Assembly: GCA_029838195.1 (NCBI GenBank)
Contig: JALGVJ010000008.1
Coordinates: forward strand, 32,001-96,000
Origin: Promethearchaeota archaeon
Lineage (GTDB): Archaea; Asgardarchaeota; Lokiarchaeia; Sigyniarchaeales; SOKP01
DNA length: 64,000 nt
Direction of reading: 5' to 3'
The position numbers and the translations under genes are program-made. Under the pieces are notes generated by a model. That model saw only the letters and a list, made by a program, of their open reading frames with translations. It made no database searches and was not told the DNA's origin. Below are positions 63,853-64,000 of the stretch, one piece after another. Each line of letters begins with the position of its first letter. The stretch's first letter is position 1.

Positions 63853-64000
63853 GAGGGACTGGAGGCTTTTTATCCATGATATACTTGAGAGCATTAAAAA
63901 AATTGAGAAATATATATCTGGTCTCTCTTACGATGACTTCATTAAAGATGATAAAACAAAGGATCTGTTGTGAGAAATCTTGAGGTTATAAGTGAATCAG
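63845..64000 (+). pseudogene. HEPN/DUF86 toxin, frameshifted near 63965 and running off the window
   Basis: MFKRDWRLFIHDILESIKKIEKYISGLSYDDFIKDDKTKD reaches TGA at 63971-63973. The expected VVRNLEVISE continues in another frame (1-nt deletion). Confidence 0.75.

Larger units (their letters stand above)
62680..64000. mobile_element. Decayed integrated foreign island (left boundary approximate)
   Basis: Cluster of recombinase, AbrB, MTase-like and TA remnants, with visibly more purine-rich AGG/GAG/ATA codon usage and fewer long A/T runs than the rest of the window. Confidence 0.65.

Overview
AT-rich archaeal genomic DNA, most likely from an Asgard archaeon (Lokiarchaeia-like). This assignment is an inference from a Rab-like small GTPase, a longin-V4R fusion, HEAT/LRR proteins and many fatty-acid/CoA enzymes. 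The window holds about 50 mostly metabolic genes and a pyrG-carA...carB pyrimidine cluster interrupted by a PIN/UPF0175 toxin-antitoxin pair and aconitase X. It also carries uvrD, sua5 and thrC, and ends in a decayed foreign island (AbrB, tyrosine recombinase, DUF1156-like fragment, MNT-HEPN). I recognised no tRNA, rRNA or CRISPR array. The main result is that the CTP synthase gene (pyrG) is split by a 31-nt insertion (40469-40499) inside the Tyr codon of the conserved D-x-D-x-G-x-YERF motif. The junctions fold into a bulge-helix-bulge (BHB) motif, and its predicted endonuclease cut sites coincide exactly with the frame-restoring boundaries. This makes it a candidate tRNA-type (EndA/RtcB-spliced) mRNA intron in a core metabolic gene. 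Secondary observations are an 85-bp dispersed hairpin repeat in two copies, a two-membrane-protein plus longin-V4R operon, a Rab-like GTPase coupled to a TrmB-like regulator, and several pseudogene scars. All product calls come from motif recognition, not database searches.
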